From Octopus sinensis (taxonomy: Eukaryota), in contig NW_021835785.1 of the NCBI RefSeq assembly GCF_006345805.1, positions 1-49,180 on the forward strand: 49,180 nt of DNA, in the 5' to 3' direction. Below the pieces are notes generated by a model. The model worked only from the letters and a program-made list of their open reading frames with translations, had not been told where the DNA came from and did not search any database. Of this stretch, positions 1-12,729 are shown in pieces. The stretch's first letter is position 1, and the number at the start of each line of letters is the position of its first letter. Position numbers and translations under genes: made by a program.

Positions 1-103
1 CTCGAAAGGTGAAAGTCTTTTCATTTTCCCGAGCATCAAATTAATACACTTGCATGCTGCTCATAACCTCTTTCGTCTTTTGTTTTTCTATAAATTTCAA
101 CTG
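1..103 (+). mobile_element. 3' fragment of a (TA)n-inserted, Penelope-LTR-like repeat (same family as 18505-18790 and 30374-30490)
   Basis: CTCGAAAGGTGAAAGTC...CCCGAGCATCAAATTAATAC...CTTTCGTCTTTTGTTT aligns by eye with CTCGAAACGTTAAGAC...CCTGAGCGCCATACTAATAC...CCTTCGTCTTTTGTTT at 18677-18770; ends in (TA)n. Confidence 0.6.
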
Positions 104-104
104 C

Positions 105-139
<35 letters not shown>

Positions 140-295
140 AGTAAATAAAAAAAACGAAGAACAAACATAAAAAACAACGCGAGGACCTGGTACGTATGTA
201 TGTACATATCTATATGTCTGTATGAATATGTATATTTATATATATGTGTGTGTATATAGGTGTGTATATGTATACATATATATGCATGTATATAT

Positions 296-378
296 GTATG
301 TATGCATTCATGTATGTATGTATTTATGTATGTATGTATGTATGTATGTATGTATGTATGTATGTATGTATGTATGTA
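296..378. repeat. (TATG)n microsatellite
   Basis: direct reading; source of the 222..416 and 244..501 ORF artefacts. Confidence 0.95.
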
Positions 379-1090
379 TCGCGTTCTCGTCTAATTTTAA
401 AATTATTTCGATTTAAAATATTTTTTCTACGTCAACGTCCGACAGATGTTCGAATATATTTTCGAGATTCAATTATTTATTTAATCCTTGGTTGTAATTA
501 AAGTGAAATGAGAAGATATTTTAAAATTAATCGAAAATTAAAAGAACACAGTCACGTATGTACACACACACACACACACACACACACATTCACATACTCA
601 CACACACACACACCACACATGTAAATGATTACAGAGAAACTCATATGTAGTTACACAACTATATGCATACAAATATACAAACTTACACATGCGCACACAC
701 TAATATATAAATACGTGTACCTGCATGCAAAACACAAACGGACGTCTATGTATGTGTTTCTGCCTATCGAATCATCATCAGCATAAACATACGTGGGAAG
801 AACCTTAAGCGAATTTGTATGCAAACACGCGTGTGTATACACACATATACATAAACACACACACACACACACACATCACACACCAACACAACACAGACAT
901 ATATATATATATATATCTATATTATATATATATATATTATATATATCTATATAGAATATATATATATATTATATATATATACAGTATGTAGTATATTCTA
1001 GTGTATGCATATTTACGCATATATAGATATATATACAGATTTGTATATTCAATCGCACACATAGAAAGACATCCATACATATTTCATGTA

Positions 1091-1127
<37 letters not shown>

Positions 1128-1762
1128 GAACAGTAAGCATAATTAAATCTCAGAATGAGACTATATCTATATAATATAATAATATATATTATATATATAA
1201 TATATATATATACATATTATATATATATATATATATTATGTGTGTGTGTGTGTGTGTATGTATGTAGTATATATGTATATGCCTTGATTAAACTGTGTAT
1301 ATAAATTAGTGTTTTATGAAAGCACACTATTGTATAAATATAGCCTAATGGAATTTTTCGCTGCATATAATGTATCATTACCTTTTGTTATTATAATTCC
1401 ATTTACTGGCTGCGTTGAAATATTTATATTTTATCATCTTCGGCTATATTAGATTGTAAGCTGTAGGATTCATAGTTTTATCCTTTGTGGAATTAGCAGG
1501 TAGAAATTGTATGTAATTAATCGTTTAATTGTAATATAATGATATTAATGTTGTCTTCGGTTTCATTGCCTGAACTGTCGTATATGATTGTACAATATAA
1601 TATAAAATTTGTTACTATATGATTACGCATATGTATGTTTGTATGTATGTATGTACGTATGTATGTATGTATGTATGTATGTATATAAATAGATACATAC
1701 ATACATACATATATAGAGAGAGAGACAGAGGGAGAGACAGACAGAGACAGAGGCGTAATTAG

Positions 1763-1988
1763 TATTCTTTTATTGGTTTCAATTGTTTGACTGGGGCCAT
1801 GCTAGAGCACCGCCTTTAGTCGAAAAAATCGACCCCAGGACATATTCTTTGTAAGCGCAATACTTATTCTATCCGCTACTATTGCCGAACTGCTAAGTTA
1901 CGGGGACGTAAACACACCAACATCGGTTGTCGAGCGATGGTGGTAAGACAAACACAGACACACAAAACCACGCACACACACACACACA

Positions 1989-2024
<36 letters not shown>

Positions 2025-2182
2025 GACGGGCTTCTTTCACTTTCCGTCTACCAAATCCACTCACAAGGCTTTGGTCGGCCCGAGGATATAATAGAAGACA
2101 CTTGCCCAAGGTGCCACGCAGTGGGACTGAACCCGAAGCCATGTGGTTGGTAAGCAAGCTACTTACCACACAGCCATGCCTG
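1763..2182 (-). mobile_element. tRNA-derived SINE, family A (head GGCGCAGGAGTGGCTGTGTGGTAAG)
   Basis: reverse complement of the copies at 8549-8950 and 33312-33720; B-box-like GGTTCAGTCCC; internal (CA)n. Confidence 0.9.
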
Positions 2183-2344
2183 TAGATTTATTTCTGAGAT
2201 TTCAATTATTTGCAAAGAATCTCTGCCTTCGCTAATTCATAACTCCTTTAAAACCAAGTGTGCGTGCACTGCGCGCGCGTGTGTGTACTTGTCTATGCGT
2301 GTGCCTGCGTTTTTTGCTGTGTGTGAGCATAAATCTGCAATTCC

Positions 2345-2560
2345 ATTTTAGAGCGTGTTGTTACACAGTGTTTCAGGCTTTTGTCTTTCGACAATCTTGC
2401 TCGAGGTCTGGTTGGAAGAAAGAATAGCTCTCACTGTTATGCTGACAAGAGTGATTCCTCGATCTATTGACTTCGAGTTTGCCTTACGTCTTATCCTACA
2501 GATTCCCGACTTCTCCGTGGCAAAAATTCATTCACTTAGACAATATAAATAAGTATTTAT
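2345..2560 (-). pseudogene. decayed non-LTR (RTE-like) reverse transcriptase fragment
   Basis: minus-strand translation ...DRGITLVSITVRAIL...KIVERQKPETLC resembles the RT segment NYRGISLLS...VERxLPExQC; frame interrupted. Confidence 0.4.
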
Positions 2561-2699
2561 CCCCGCATTAACCATATTCTCCCGTGTATGGTGTCTGCTC
2601 TTTCGATTAACTGTTTTCCTTCTTTATAAAGACCATAAAATTTTACGCACTGTGGACACATTTTGATGAAATGCAATATGGAGCAGTTGATATTAATAA

Positions 2700-4520
2700 T
2701 GATCTCAAATTTTGGTACAAGGCCAGTAATTTTGAGGGAGGTGTAAGTGGATTATATCGACCCCTGTGTTCAACTGGTACTTATTTTATCGACACCGAAA
2801 TTATAAAAGGCAAAGTCAACTTGGGCGGAATTTGAATTAAGACCATAAAAACGAACAAAATCTCGCTAAGCATTTTGCCTAGCAGATTAACGTTTCTGAC
2901 AACCCGTTGCCTTTAGAAATTTTGGCACAAGGTCAGAAATTTCGGTAGAGGGTTTATGTCGATTACATCGAACACAGTGGTCAACTGGTACTCATTTTAT
3001 CGACTCCAAAAACCTTAAATGGCATTTGAACTCAGGAGGTTAAGACGGACGAAATGCCGCTAAGCAAGTATCCCGGCGTGCTATTATGCTAGCTCGCCGC
3101 TTTAGTTGATATTAACATCAGTTTCAAAATTTAGCATAAGGCCAGCCATTTCGGGGCTAGGAGCTAAATCGATTACCACGTATCCAGTGTTCAACTGGTA
3201 CTTAATTTATCGATCTCAAAAGGATGAAAGACAGAGTCGACCTCGGCGGAATTCGAACTCAGAACGTAAAGACAGACGAAATGCCTATTTCTTTACTGCC
3301 CACAAGGGGCTACACACAGAGGGGACAAACAAGGACAGACAAACGGATTAAGTTGATCATATCGACTACAGTGCGTAACAACTACTTATTTAATCGATCC
3401 CGAAAGGATGAAAGGCAAAGTTGACCTCGGCGGATTTGAACTCACTACGTAGCGGCAGTCGAAATACCGCTAAGCATTTAACCCGAGGTGCTAACTGTTC
3501 TACCAGTTCCCCGCCTTAGCTGATATTAATATTCTATCCTTACTCTATGAACAAGGCCCGAAATTTTGGGGGAGGGGACCAGTCAATTAGATCAACCCCA
3601 GGACACAACTGGTACTTAATTTATCGACCTCGAAAAGATGAAATGTAAAGTCGATCTCAGCAGAATTTGAACTCAAAGCATACAGACAGACGAAATACCG
3701 CTATGCATTTCGCCCTCTATGCTAACGGTTCTTATTTCTTTATTGTCCCCAAAGGGCTAAACACAGAGGGGACAAACAAGGACATACAAACGGATTACAT
3801 CGATTACATCGACCCCAGTGCGTAACTGGTACTTAATTTATCGACCCCGAAAGGATGAAAGGCAAAGTCAACCTCGGCGGAATTCGAACTCAGAACCTAA
3901 CGGCAGACCAAATACCTATTTCTTTACTACCCACAAGGGGCTAAACACAGAGAGGACAAACAAGGACAGACAAACGGATTAAATCTATTATATCGACCCC
4001 AGGGCATAACTGGTACTTATTTAATAGACCCCGAAAGGGTGAAAGGCAAAATCGACCTCGACGGAATTTGAACTCAGAACGTAGCGGCAGACGAAATACC
4101 GCTAAGCATTTCGCCCGGCGTGCTAAGGCTCAAGGTCCGAAATTTTAGGGAGGGGGCTAGTCGATTAGCTCAACCTCAGTACGTAACAGCTACTTAATTT
4201 ATAGACTCCGAAAGGATGCAAGACAAATTCGACCTCGGCGGAATTTGAACTCAGAACGTAGCGACAGACAAAATACCGCTATGCATTTCGCCCACCGTGC
4301 TAACATTTCTGTTTTCTTTATTAACCACAAGGGACTAAACATGGAGGGGACAAACAAGGACAGACAAAGGGATTAAGTCGATTAGAATGACCCCAGTGCG
4401 TAACTGGTACTTAATTTATCGACCCCGCAAGGATGAAAGACAAAGTCAACCTCGGCGGAATTTGAACTCAGAACGAAAAGACAGACGTACTAACTGTTCT
4501 GCCAGCTCACCGCCTTAGTT
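2700..4520 (-). mobile_element. cluster of about 9 same-orientation family B (MetaSINE-like) SINE copies
   Basis: repeated AACTGGTACTTA..TTTATCGACCCCGAAAGGATGAAAGGCAAAGTCGACCTCGGCGGAATTTGAACTCAG; its reverse complement GCCTTTCATCCTTTCGGGGTCGATAAATTAAGTACCAG resembles the Meta central domain. Confidence 0.9.
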
Positions 4521-4800
4521 GCCAACACTTTGGTGTTTCATATACTATAACTGGCTTGATATATAGTGAAGCGTACCCTTCTCTTTAGGCCCAAAGATCG
4601 TCTTGTGATGCTTTGCTTAATTTTACACGCCATATACTGAGATATGATTTTGGGCGTTGTGTATATCCCAGTTACTGAAACTGCAACTCGGTATACCGAA
4701 GAGTGAACTTTTTATAATTTGCCGAGTGAATAGTTATCTTGGTGATTGTATTTATACGCCCTGGTGTTTATAGAGACGGGATTATCTGGATTACTGTATA

Positions 4801-5093
4801 TGAGGCGCGATGGCCCAGTGGTTAGGGCAGCGGACTCGCGGTCTGAGGATCGCTGTTTCGATTCCCAGTCCGGGCGTTGTGTGTGTTTATTGAGCGAAAA
4901 CACCTAAAGCTCCACGGTGCTCCGGCAGGGGGTGGTGGCGACCCCTGTTGTACTCTTTCGCCCCAACTTTCACTCTTTCTTCCTGTTTCTTGAGTAACGC
5001 TGGCATCCCGTCCATACACCACAGAACATACACCACAGAAACAGGGAAATCGCACCCATGAGCCTGGCTAGGCTTGAAAAGGGCGCAAAAAAA
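4801..5093 (+). mobile_element. tRNA-Arg-like SINE, family C (tail type 1)
   Basis: head GGCGCGATGGCCCAGTGGTTAGGGCAGCGGACTCGCGG (A-box, TCG anticodon-like loop), B-box-like GTTTCGATTCCC; A-rich end; inverse copy at 15652-15954. Confidence 0.9.
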
Positions 5094-5822
5094 GCTGTTT
5101 ATGAAGTGTATTATATTCTTTTCTTGAATAGATTAGGTTCATCTTTCCTTACTGTCTTACTGTAGGACGCCTAGAATTAAAGATGATGACTGTAGGTGCC
5201 TACATTTTAAACTTACCAACATCAAGCTATATTTAATGCATAAAACCAAGGACATGGAAGTCCATAACCTCGCAAAAATTTTAGCTTAGAGTCCAAGGTT
5301 AAATTTTTAGGGTTATGGTTAAGGGTTGGAATTTAAGGTTATTGGTTTAACGTTATGATTTAGACAAGCGTATTGAATTTAGAACTTGAGTTACACAGAT
5401 AGGGAAAACAACTGAAAATATTGAATTTGTGAGTTCTTTTTTCTTTCTACGTAATGACGTAATCTCCAATACTCACATCACAGAAATCATTAATGTATTG
5501 GACAAATGTTCAGAATGTACAATGTATGACAGAAGGATTCTTATTGCATAAGACAGTCATATATTTTAATGTAAGCTGTATATCGATATATATTTTAATA
5601 TACTTTGCTTATATTAAGAATATATTGAATGGATTGTCACGAGCAGGATGATTTTGTTATTCCTACTAAAATTGCTTTATTGAAAAGCAAGTAATATGTT
5701 AAGAAGTAAAAAAAAATATGCATTTATATTACGAATACATCCATATTGTGTTGAAAATAATATATATATATATATATTATATATATATATATAATATATA
5801 TATATTATATATATATACATAT

Positions 5823-5860
<38 letters not shown>

Positions 5861-6488
5861 ACATATATATATATAAACTGATGAAAGATCGTTCTTTATG
5901 TTACTTTTCCTGTTTACCATTTGTTTCTCTCGTTGTTTGCGTGTATGGAACACATTTTTTTTTCGTATTTCATGTTTACTGTTCGGTGACGTCCTGTACC
6001 CATATATGTAAATATATACATAATATATATGCGTATATATATTATTTATATCAAATATATATATATAGGTATATACATATATAGAATAAAACTTTATATA
6101 TAAAGAACGTGAAATACACGAATTGACGAACACGGAAAAAAGACAGTCATTCAGAGCCTTCATTCTTCAGTCAGAAACCGATTCATCATGGCAAATTTCG
6201 ACTGTTTAATTCTGAGATTTGCTCCAAAACGGCCAGCCCCAAGGAAAAGCTAAGCTATGGGCATTAGATTTCCTTGGTAGAAGGAAAGAATGTGACAACA
6301 GAGACGAATAGGAAAACAAGAGACGAAGATAAAATTGGAAACAGTAACGAATAAAAACAGGAATGACAAGGGGTCGTCTACGACTTTCAGACAAAATGGG
6401 ACAATATACATACATATATATATACATAATATATATACACATATATACATATAACATGTAATATATATATATATATATATAAGTTATA

Positions 6489-6563
<75 letters not shown>

Positions 6564-6919
6564 ACATATTATATATATATGTGGGTGTGTGTGCACATAT
6601 ACATTGCTAAGATTAATATCAGGTTATTGAAATTATGGTATTGAGTAATTGTTGTAGATATTGTCCCAGCTGTGTCCCTTCCTACTTCATCGTTGATGCT
6701 TGGAGTAGAAAGAAGTATTTCATATGATTCTTCATTAAAGAAAAATATATATATTAAAGACTCTTTTACATATTTGCCAAAATTCGATAAATTGCAGTAG
6801 TACAATAATCTTTTTATTTATTGATATTTAAAATACATACCACGCCTTAAATATTATTAAAATTGAAGCTGAGTGTTTGTGACGCTAATTGAGTTCCCTA
6901 CCAGTGCAATCACTGGGCG

Positions 6920-6959
<40 letters not shown>

Positions 6960-7041
6960 GGTCCCGGGTTGAGTCGGGGTTAACCACAGTAAATAAGGTA
7001 CTCAATACATAGCAGAGTAAAGTAATTTATTTTATAGAAGG

Positions 7042-7092
7042 AGCTTCTACAGGACTAGAACTGTTTCATTCAGATGAAATCTTCAGGAAGCT
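7042..7092 (-). ncRNA. type I hammerhead ribozyme motif (left arm of palindrome)
   Basis: exact reverse complement of the motif at 7117-7167. Confidence 0.65.
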
Positions 7093-7116
7093 GGCTGTCA
7101 AAAATTTTTGACAGCC

Positions 7117-7167
7117 AGCTTCCTGAAGATTTCATCTGAATGAAACAGTTCTAGTCCTGTAGAAGCT
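7117..7167 (+). ncRNA. type I hammerhead ribozyme motif
   Basis: AGCTTC-CTGAAGA-T TTCA TC TGAA T-GAAA-CAG TTCTAGTC CTG-TA^GAAGCT: 6-bp stem I, stem III ACAG/CTGT, GUA triplet (cut after 7161); weak stem II with U.U at 10.1/11.1. Confidence 0.65.
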
Positions 7168-7189
7168 CCTTTTATAAAATAATATATAT

Positions 7190-7249
<60 letters not shown>

Positions 7250-7324
7250 ATATATATACAGAGAGAGAGAGAGAGAGAGAGAGGAAGAGAGAGAGAGAGT
7301 GGGAGAGAAAGAGAGAGATAGATA

Positions 7325-7622
7325 GTTGGCTGTGTGGTTAGAAGCTTGCTTACCAACCGTATCGTTCCGGGTTCAGCCCCGCTGCGTGACACCTTGGGTG
7401 AATGTGTCGTCAACTACAGCCTAAGACTGACCAAAACTTTGTGCTGGTATGTTTATGCACTCGTAACGTAGCGGTTTGATAAAAGAGGCTGATAGAAATA
7501 AGTATTAGTCTTTTTTATAAAAAAAGTAAGCTCTGGAGCCAATTTGTTCGAATTAAAGACCCTTCAAGGTGGTGCACCAGCTTGGCCGCAATCAAGTAAG
7601 TGAAACAAGTAAAGATAAAAGA
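7325..7622 (+). mobile_element. SINE family A, diverged copy
   Basis: GGCTGTGTGGTTAGAAGCTTGCTTACCAACC...ACCTTGGG...GAAACAAGTAAAGATAAAAGA. Confidence 0.8.
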
Positions 7623-8203
7623 TATACATATACATGCACAATATATTATATATCTATGTGTATATATGTAAGTATGTTTATATCTGTATAGTGAGAAGGT
7701 ATCAGCTAATCCAGGTCTGTACTTAAGCAGCACGCACGGCAACGACATCTATCTGGATGTGTATAAAGGAAAGATTCATCGGCGGAAACATAAGTTTAAT
7801 ACAGACAGAAAACAATTCAGCCGCTGTGTATGAATAATAAGCGAAGAATAGAGTAGGTGTCCTTATATTTATTCTACGGCTTTAAATTCTTTCTACACTA
7901 TGCATGTGAGAAATCAAGCATTATACATGTAGACATGGATAAGAGTAATGATATATTCATGCCAACACGTAATATATATTATATAAAAGGCTCAGCCGTC
8001 AATTAGTCATAATCAAACGAACGAATATAATCCATAAAAAAAAATGACTATTCCAGCTATATAAAGTGACATAGCCAATTTCCAGAATATTAACGATATC
8101 TGTCTTACCTGTCTGGGAGACCTTGTGGAGAGCATGTATGCTTTCCTTTTCTTTAAACCCATCAAGAAATAAATTCACACACACACATACACGTATGTAT
8201 ATG

Positions 8204-8235
<32 letters not shown>

Positions 8236-8236
<1 letters not shown>

Positions 8237-8352
8237 GGCCTGCTCGCTTAGCCAGCGGGGTGGCGTCATTCGAAGGCTAAAATAATGCGAACATATTGTG
8301 ACCAGCGATGTGTAACTACATCTGATGGACTGGTCGGTCACGTGATCCCGTG
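8236..8352 (+). mobile_element. 3' tail fragment of SINE family C (tail type 2)
   Basis: near-identical to 30790-30905 (TGGCCTGCTCGC...CTGGTCGGTCACGTGATC); flanked by (TA)n. Confidence 0.8.
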
Positions 8353-8548
8353 ATATATATATATATATATCAGAAGTAACTGAGTGATTCGACATACGAG
8401 ATTATCGTGTGTTGGCAACTTCTCAGGTAATTTGTGCCAATACACGAAACTCTCGGACCTTGAGTCACTCTGCTACTTCTGCTAAGTGTGAATAAAAATA
8501 CACATATACTCATATTCTGAGTTCTATTTTTCCCGTTTGCATCACCAT

Positions 8549-8950
8549 AGGCACAGGAGTGGCTGTGTGGTAAGTAGCTTGCTAACCAACCACATGGTTC
8601 CGGGTTCAGTCCAACTGCGTGGCATCTTGGGCAAGTGTCTTCTGCTATAGCCCCGGGCCGGCCAATGCCTTGTGAGTGGATTTCGTAGACGGAAACTGAA
8701 AGAAGCCTGTCGTATATATGTATATGTGTGTGTTTGTGTGTCTGTGTTTGTCCCCCTCGCATTGCTTGACAACCGACGCTGGTGTGTTTACGACCCCGTC
8801 ACTTAGCGGTTCGGCAAAAGAGATCGATAGAATAAGTAATGGGCTTACAAAGAAAAAGTCCCGGGGTCGATTTGCTCGACTAAAGGCGGTGCTCCAGCAT
8901 GGCCGCAGTCAAATGACTGAAACAAGTAAAAGAGTAAAAGAGTAAGAGTA
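8549..8950 (+). mobile_element. SINE family A, full length
   Basis: tRNA-like head, CTTGGGCAAGTGTCTT...GTGAGTGGATT..GTAGACGGAAACTGAAAGAAGCC body, (GTAAAAGA)n tail. Confidence 0.92.
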
Positions 8951-9006
8951 TACCTATATATACACGCATACATGCATGCATGCATACATACATACATATA
9001 ATTAAA

Positions 9007-9240
9007 GAGGTGGCGAGCTGGCAGAAACGTTAGCACGCCGGGTGAAATGCGTAGCCGTATTTCGTCTGCCGTTAAGTTCTGAGTTCAAATTCCGCCGAGG
9101 TCGACTTTGCCTTTCATCCTTTCGGGGTCGATAAATTAAGTACCAGTTACGCACTGGGGTCGATATAATCGGCTTAATCCGTTTGTCTGTCCTTGTTTGT
9201 CCTCTCTGTGTTTAGCCCCTTGTGGGTAGTAAAGAAATAC
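9007..9240 (+). mobile_element. SINE family B (MetaSINE-like), full length
   Basis: head GG(T/C)GGCGAGCTGGCAGAAACGTTAGC, B-box GAGTTCAAATTCC, Meta-like core, tail AAAGAAATA. Confidence 0.92.
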
Positions 9241-9719
9241 ATATAATAATTAAAAAATAGAAGAGACATGCATACATGCGTGTGTATGTGTGTGTGCATG
9301 TATGTGTGTGTGGTGGGGCGTACGTATACAGCTGAACTGCATCTTCACTGTGTCGTTCCACCAAATTTCGTTTCAGTTTTCGTACTCGTTATAACAACAA
9401 CAAAAAAATTATATGCATATAGTTGTGTATATATCCTTGTCGTGTATGTACGTTTTCGCACTCGTCTGTTAGTGTATAATTTTTGAGGATTACTTCACCC
9501 TTACATTTGAGTCTTATGTTGGTTTTGTTATAAATAAAGACATCGTTATCATTGATATATCATTATTTTTCTCTTTTTTTTTTTTTTTCAATACATAATC
9601 ACTCAGTGAGAGGCCTTTTTTTCTACCTCGGGAGGAGAGACATTTCATCATTGTCACGTCCTTCCCTCGTTTAGAGATATATACGACATATGTGTCTGCA
9701 AATATACAAATGTGTATAT

Positions 9720-9726
9720 ATATATG

Positions 9727-9817
<91 letters not shown>

Positions 9818-9906
9818 CATATATATTTTTATATACATATATATATATAATATATATATATATTATATATATATATATGTATGTATATTTATATATATAT
9901 ATATAT
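9720..9906. repeat. (TA)n microsatellite
   Basis: direct reading. Confidence 0.95.
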
Positions 9907-11021
9907 AATCCCTTGCAAGCGGATGCTGAGTGTAGGAAGATAAAATTGTCCACTTATTCATTTTGTGGGTAGAGCAGAAGGCGGTTTCTCCTTCCATTTT
10001 GTGTTTCACTTGATATCTCTCCTTAACATTCTTTCAATATGTGTTTTTCGTCAGTTGCTTTTATTTATATTTTTTTTTATTTTGATATTTTGATTTTGAT
10101 ATTTCTCTGTTGTCGTGATTCTATCTCAAGTATTTGATATAAAACGAAAACTTACAAAAATAATCAAAACGCTAACAAACAATAATGAGAACAAAAAAAA
10201 AAAAAATAAAATAACAGCAGGGTGCGCGATAGATAAAAAGTGGAAAAAGATGACGGCGAAATCTCGGTTGGTGGGGAGCACCTACTTTAGTCACACTAAG
10301 AAGAAAAAAGAAAAAGAAAATTAGACATTTCGAAAGAAGTCTATCTAATGAGAATGCCTACCATGTTGTGGTGTGTAGTTTGTCATTCTGGAATGTTTTG
10401 TAATATTGTTGCTTTTTTGTTTGCTTATATTTTAAGTATTTTTTGAGACAGTAAAATAATTATCCTTTTAGAATACCTACTCAAATATCAATCATGGGAC
10501 CCGCCCTCGTATTAGATAGACTAGCAAGTCGAAGTGTAATGTAGGGAAAAGCGCGAAAGAGAGATAAATAAATAAATAAATAAATAAAGCAACAACTACA
10601 TTAGAAATAAATATCTGGAAAGATTTTGTTTAAAACAAAAAACAGGGAAATATACGTACAAGTGGATATAAAAGTCTACGTTGATAGATAACGGGTGACA
10701 TAAATTTTTCCTCAATTTATACGGGGACACATATTTATACAGATACTTACATACATTCACGAGCATATACAAAAGGCACAACAAAAGAATGCATATCCGA
10801 ATACACACATATATATATATAATGATATTGTTTGCTTTTCTCCGTGTTTTCTAATACACACACACACACATACATACTAGCATATGTTCGTGCACGTGTG
10901 TGTGTGTATGTGTGTGTATGTAATTTTCCTCTCTCTCAGTATATATGTATATATATATATATAATATATATATATATCATAACATATCATATGTATATGT
11001 ATATATATATATGATACATAT

Positions 11022-11069
<48 letters not shown>

Positions 11070-11087
11070 ACATACATCATATATATC

Positions 11088-11268
11088 ACCTTGATCACCT
11101 TAACCAACCAGTCCGTCGGGCGTCCATTTGACACCGCTGGTCACAGCACGCTGTCCACTCCTCTCTGGATCGCTCCTTTCTCATCCACATAATCCCAATC
11201 GTCCTCCTGAAATCATAACTCCGCCGTCGTGGAGGTCTAAACAGCATATATATATATATATATATATA
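11088..11268 (-). mobile_element. 3' terminal fragment of an RTE-like LINE inserted in (TA)n
   Basis: minus-strand translation RPPRRRSYDFRRTIGIMWMRKERSREEW resembles the RTE C-terminal GRPxxRWxD...WMRxAxxRxxW motif. Confidence 0.6.
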
Positions 11269-11388
11269 TATATCATAACTAGTAACACTAAGTATTGTGG
11301 TAGTCGTACATCTAATTGTATTCACAAGATATATAGGTGTGTGTGTGTACATATAGATATACGTATGTAACTATTTGTGTGTGTGTAT

Positions 11389-11436
<48 letters not shown>

Positions 11437-12301
11437 GATATATACATGCGTATGTGTGAGACCTTGTGTGTGTGTTATTTCGATCAGAATTTCCGACTAT
11501 GATTTCTCAATTCTATCAATTGATCTATCAAACCCATTGAATTATAATGAGACTGAGATCTCACCGACATGATACACCCCCTCATACAATGAATTCTCAG
11601 TCAGAATCAGTGTAATGGTGCATGACAAGACTGAAACTTCAAATTACAAGCGCTATCTGGCAGGCTTCTACATGATTTCCCCAATACCCAATTTCACTCA
11701 CAAGACTATAGAAAATGACACTTGTCCAAGATGTCAGGTAGCAGAATCGAAACTAAGACGTTATAACTGCGAAAATGATGGAGCACTATATACAGATGAT
11801 AAATAGTATCACATAAAAATTTATATAAAAAATCAAGGGCCACAAAGTAATTTCCAATCACCCACCTTGTAGATTAATACATCCAACAAAGACTAAGCTA
11901 AGTTTACTGAGAATAAGTTTAGACAAGATTTTCCTGAAACGGCCAACTTTCTATGTTTTGCTAACAGTATTTCTATTGTAAACTCGTTTATTGATAATAA
12001 GAAGCAACTATGTAGAGACTTTGATATGTTCGAATATTGTCCAATGATAGTCAGTCCTTTGTTGTGATAGAATTACTTTTAGCCAAATTCTTTTTAACCA
12101 GTGATTCAGATTATGATAGAATCATACACGAAACAAATTCCTTTCGTTTTTAATTACATTTTTCGATACAGTGACTGGTAGTCTATTTTCTGCCTGATTC
12201 TGTGAGCTCTTTGAATTTTATATTTCATATTTATTAAACAATAGTTTCAATAATTTAAACATCAAGATGATGGACTAGGGTTGCTTTTGAATTACTGAAA
12301 T

Positions 12302-12729
12302 CAATGTCGGATTAAGACCCATTGAGACCCTATGCACTTAAAAGATTTTGGTGCCCCCATAAAAGATTGTGTAATTCAAAATATAAACAACAACAAACCA
12401 TAAAATATTTTTTTATTTTTCAAAAGGAAACAACACAGTAAGAGGGAGAATAATGTTTATTTTTGTATATTTCCGGTTTATTTATATTTGAAAAGTTTCC
12501 TCCTTCGTTTTTTTGTATCGCAAAGTCTTTGATCAGATCCTCAAAATTAATCTTAGGTAACACATCTGCATCTATACTTAATAGAGATAAAGACATCTCG
12601 AATATTATTTTAGCAAGTTTAAAGTGATTTCTTTTGTGCCGTAAGCCATTTATCATTTCTGTGGTACCCCCTAGCTCCCTTGATGCCCTAAGCACGCGCT
12701 TATTTTGCTCAATGGTTAATCCTGCGCTG
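12302..12729 (-). mobile_element. hAT-derived non-autonomous DNA transposon with transposase C-terminal remnant
   Basis: perfect 8-bp TSD ACTGAAAT (12294-12301 and 12730-12737); imperfect TIRs CAATGTCGGATTAA / CAGCGCAGGATTAA; internal minus-strand SLSLLSIDADVLPKINFEDLIKDFAIQK resembles the hAT dimerisation-domain end. Confidence 0.85.

Larger units (their letters stand above)
6957..7183. mobile_element. (TA)n-inserted Penelope-like/retrozyme fragment ending in a 156-bp palindrome
   Basis: (TA)n on both flanks; 7027-7182 is an inverted repeat centred on AAAAA|TTTTT (7104/7105) with one mismatch. Confidence 0.8.

Noticed and set aside
5877-6200. CTGATGA at 5878 (+) and CTGAAGA at ~6170 (-)
   Set aside because: No correctly placed GAAAC and no stem I/III pairing
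8100-10330. Possible minus-strand 5'UTR/exon signals (CAG|GTAAGA at ~8108, TTT|GTAAGT at ~10155)
   Set aside because: Isolated splice-like hexamers without convincing acceptors or coding frame; needs RNA-seq
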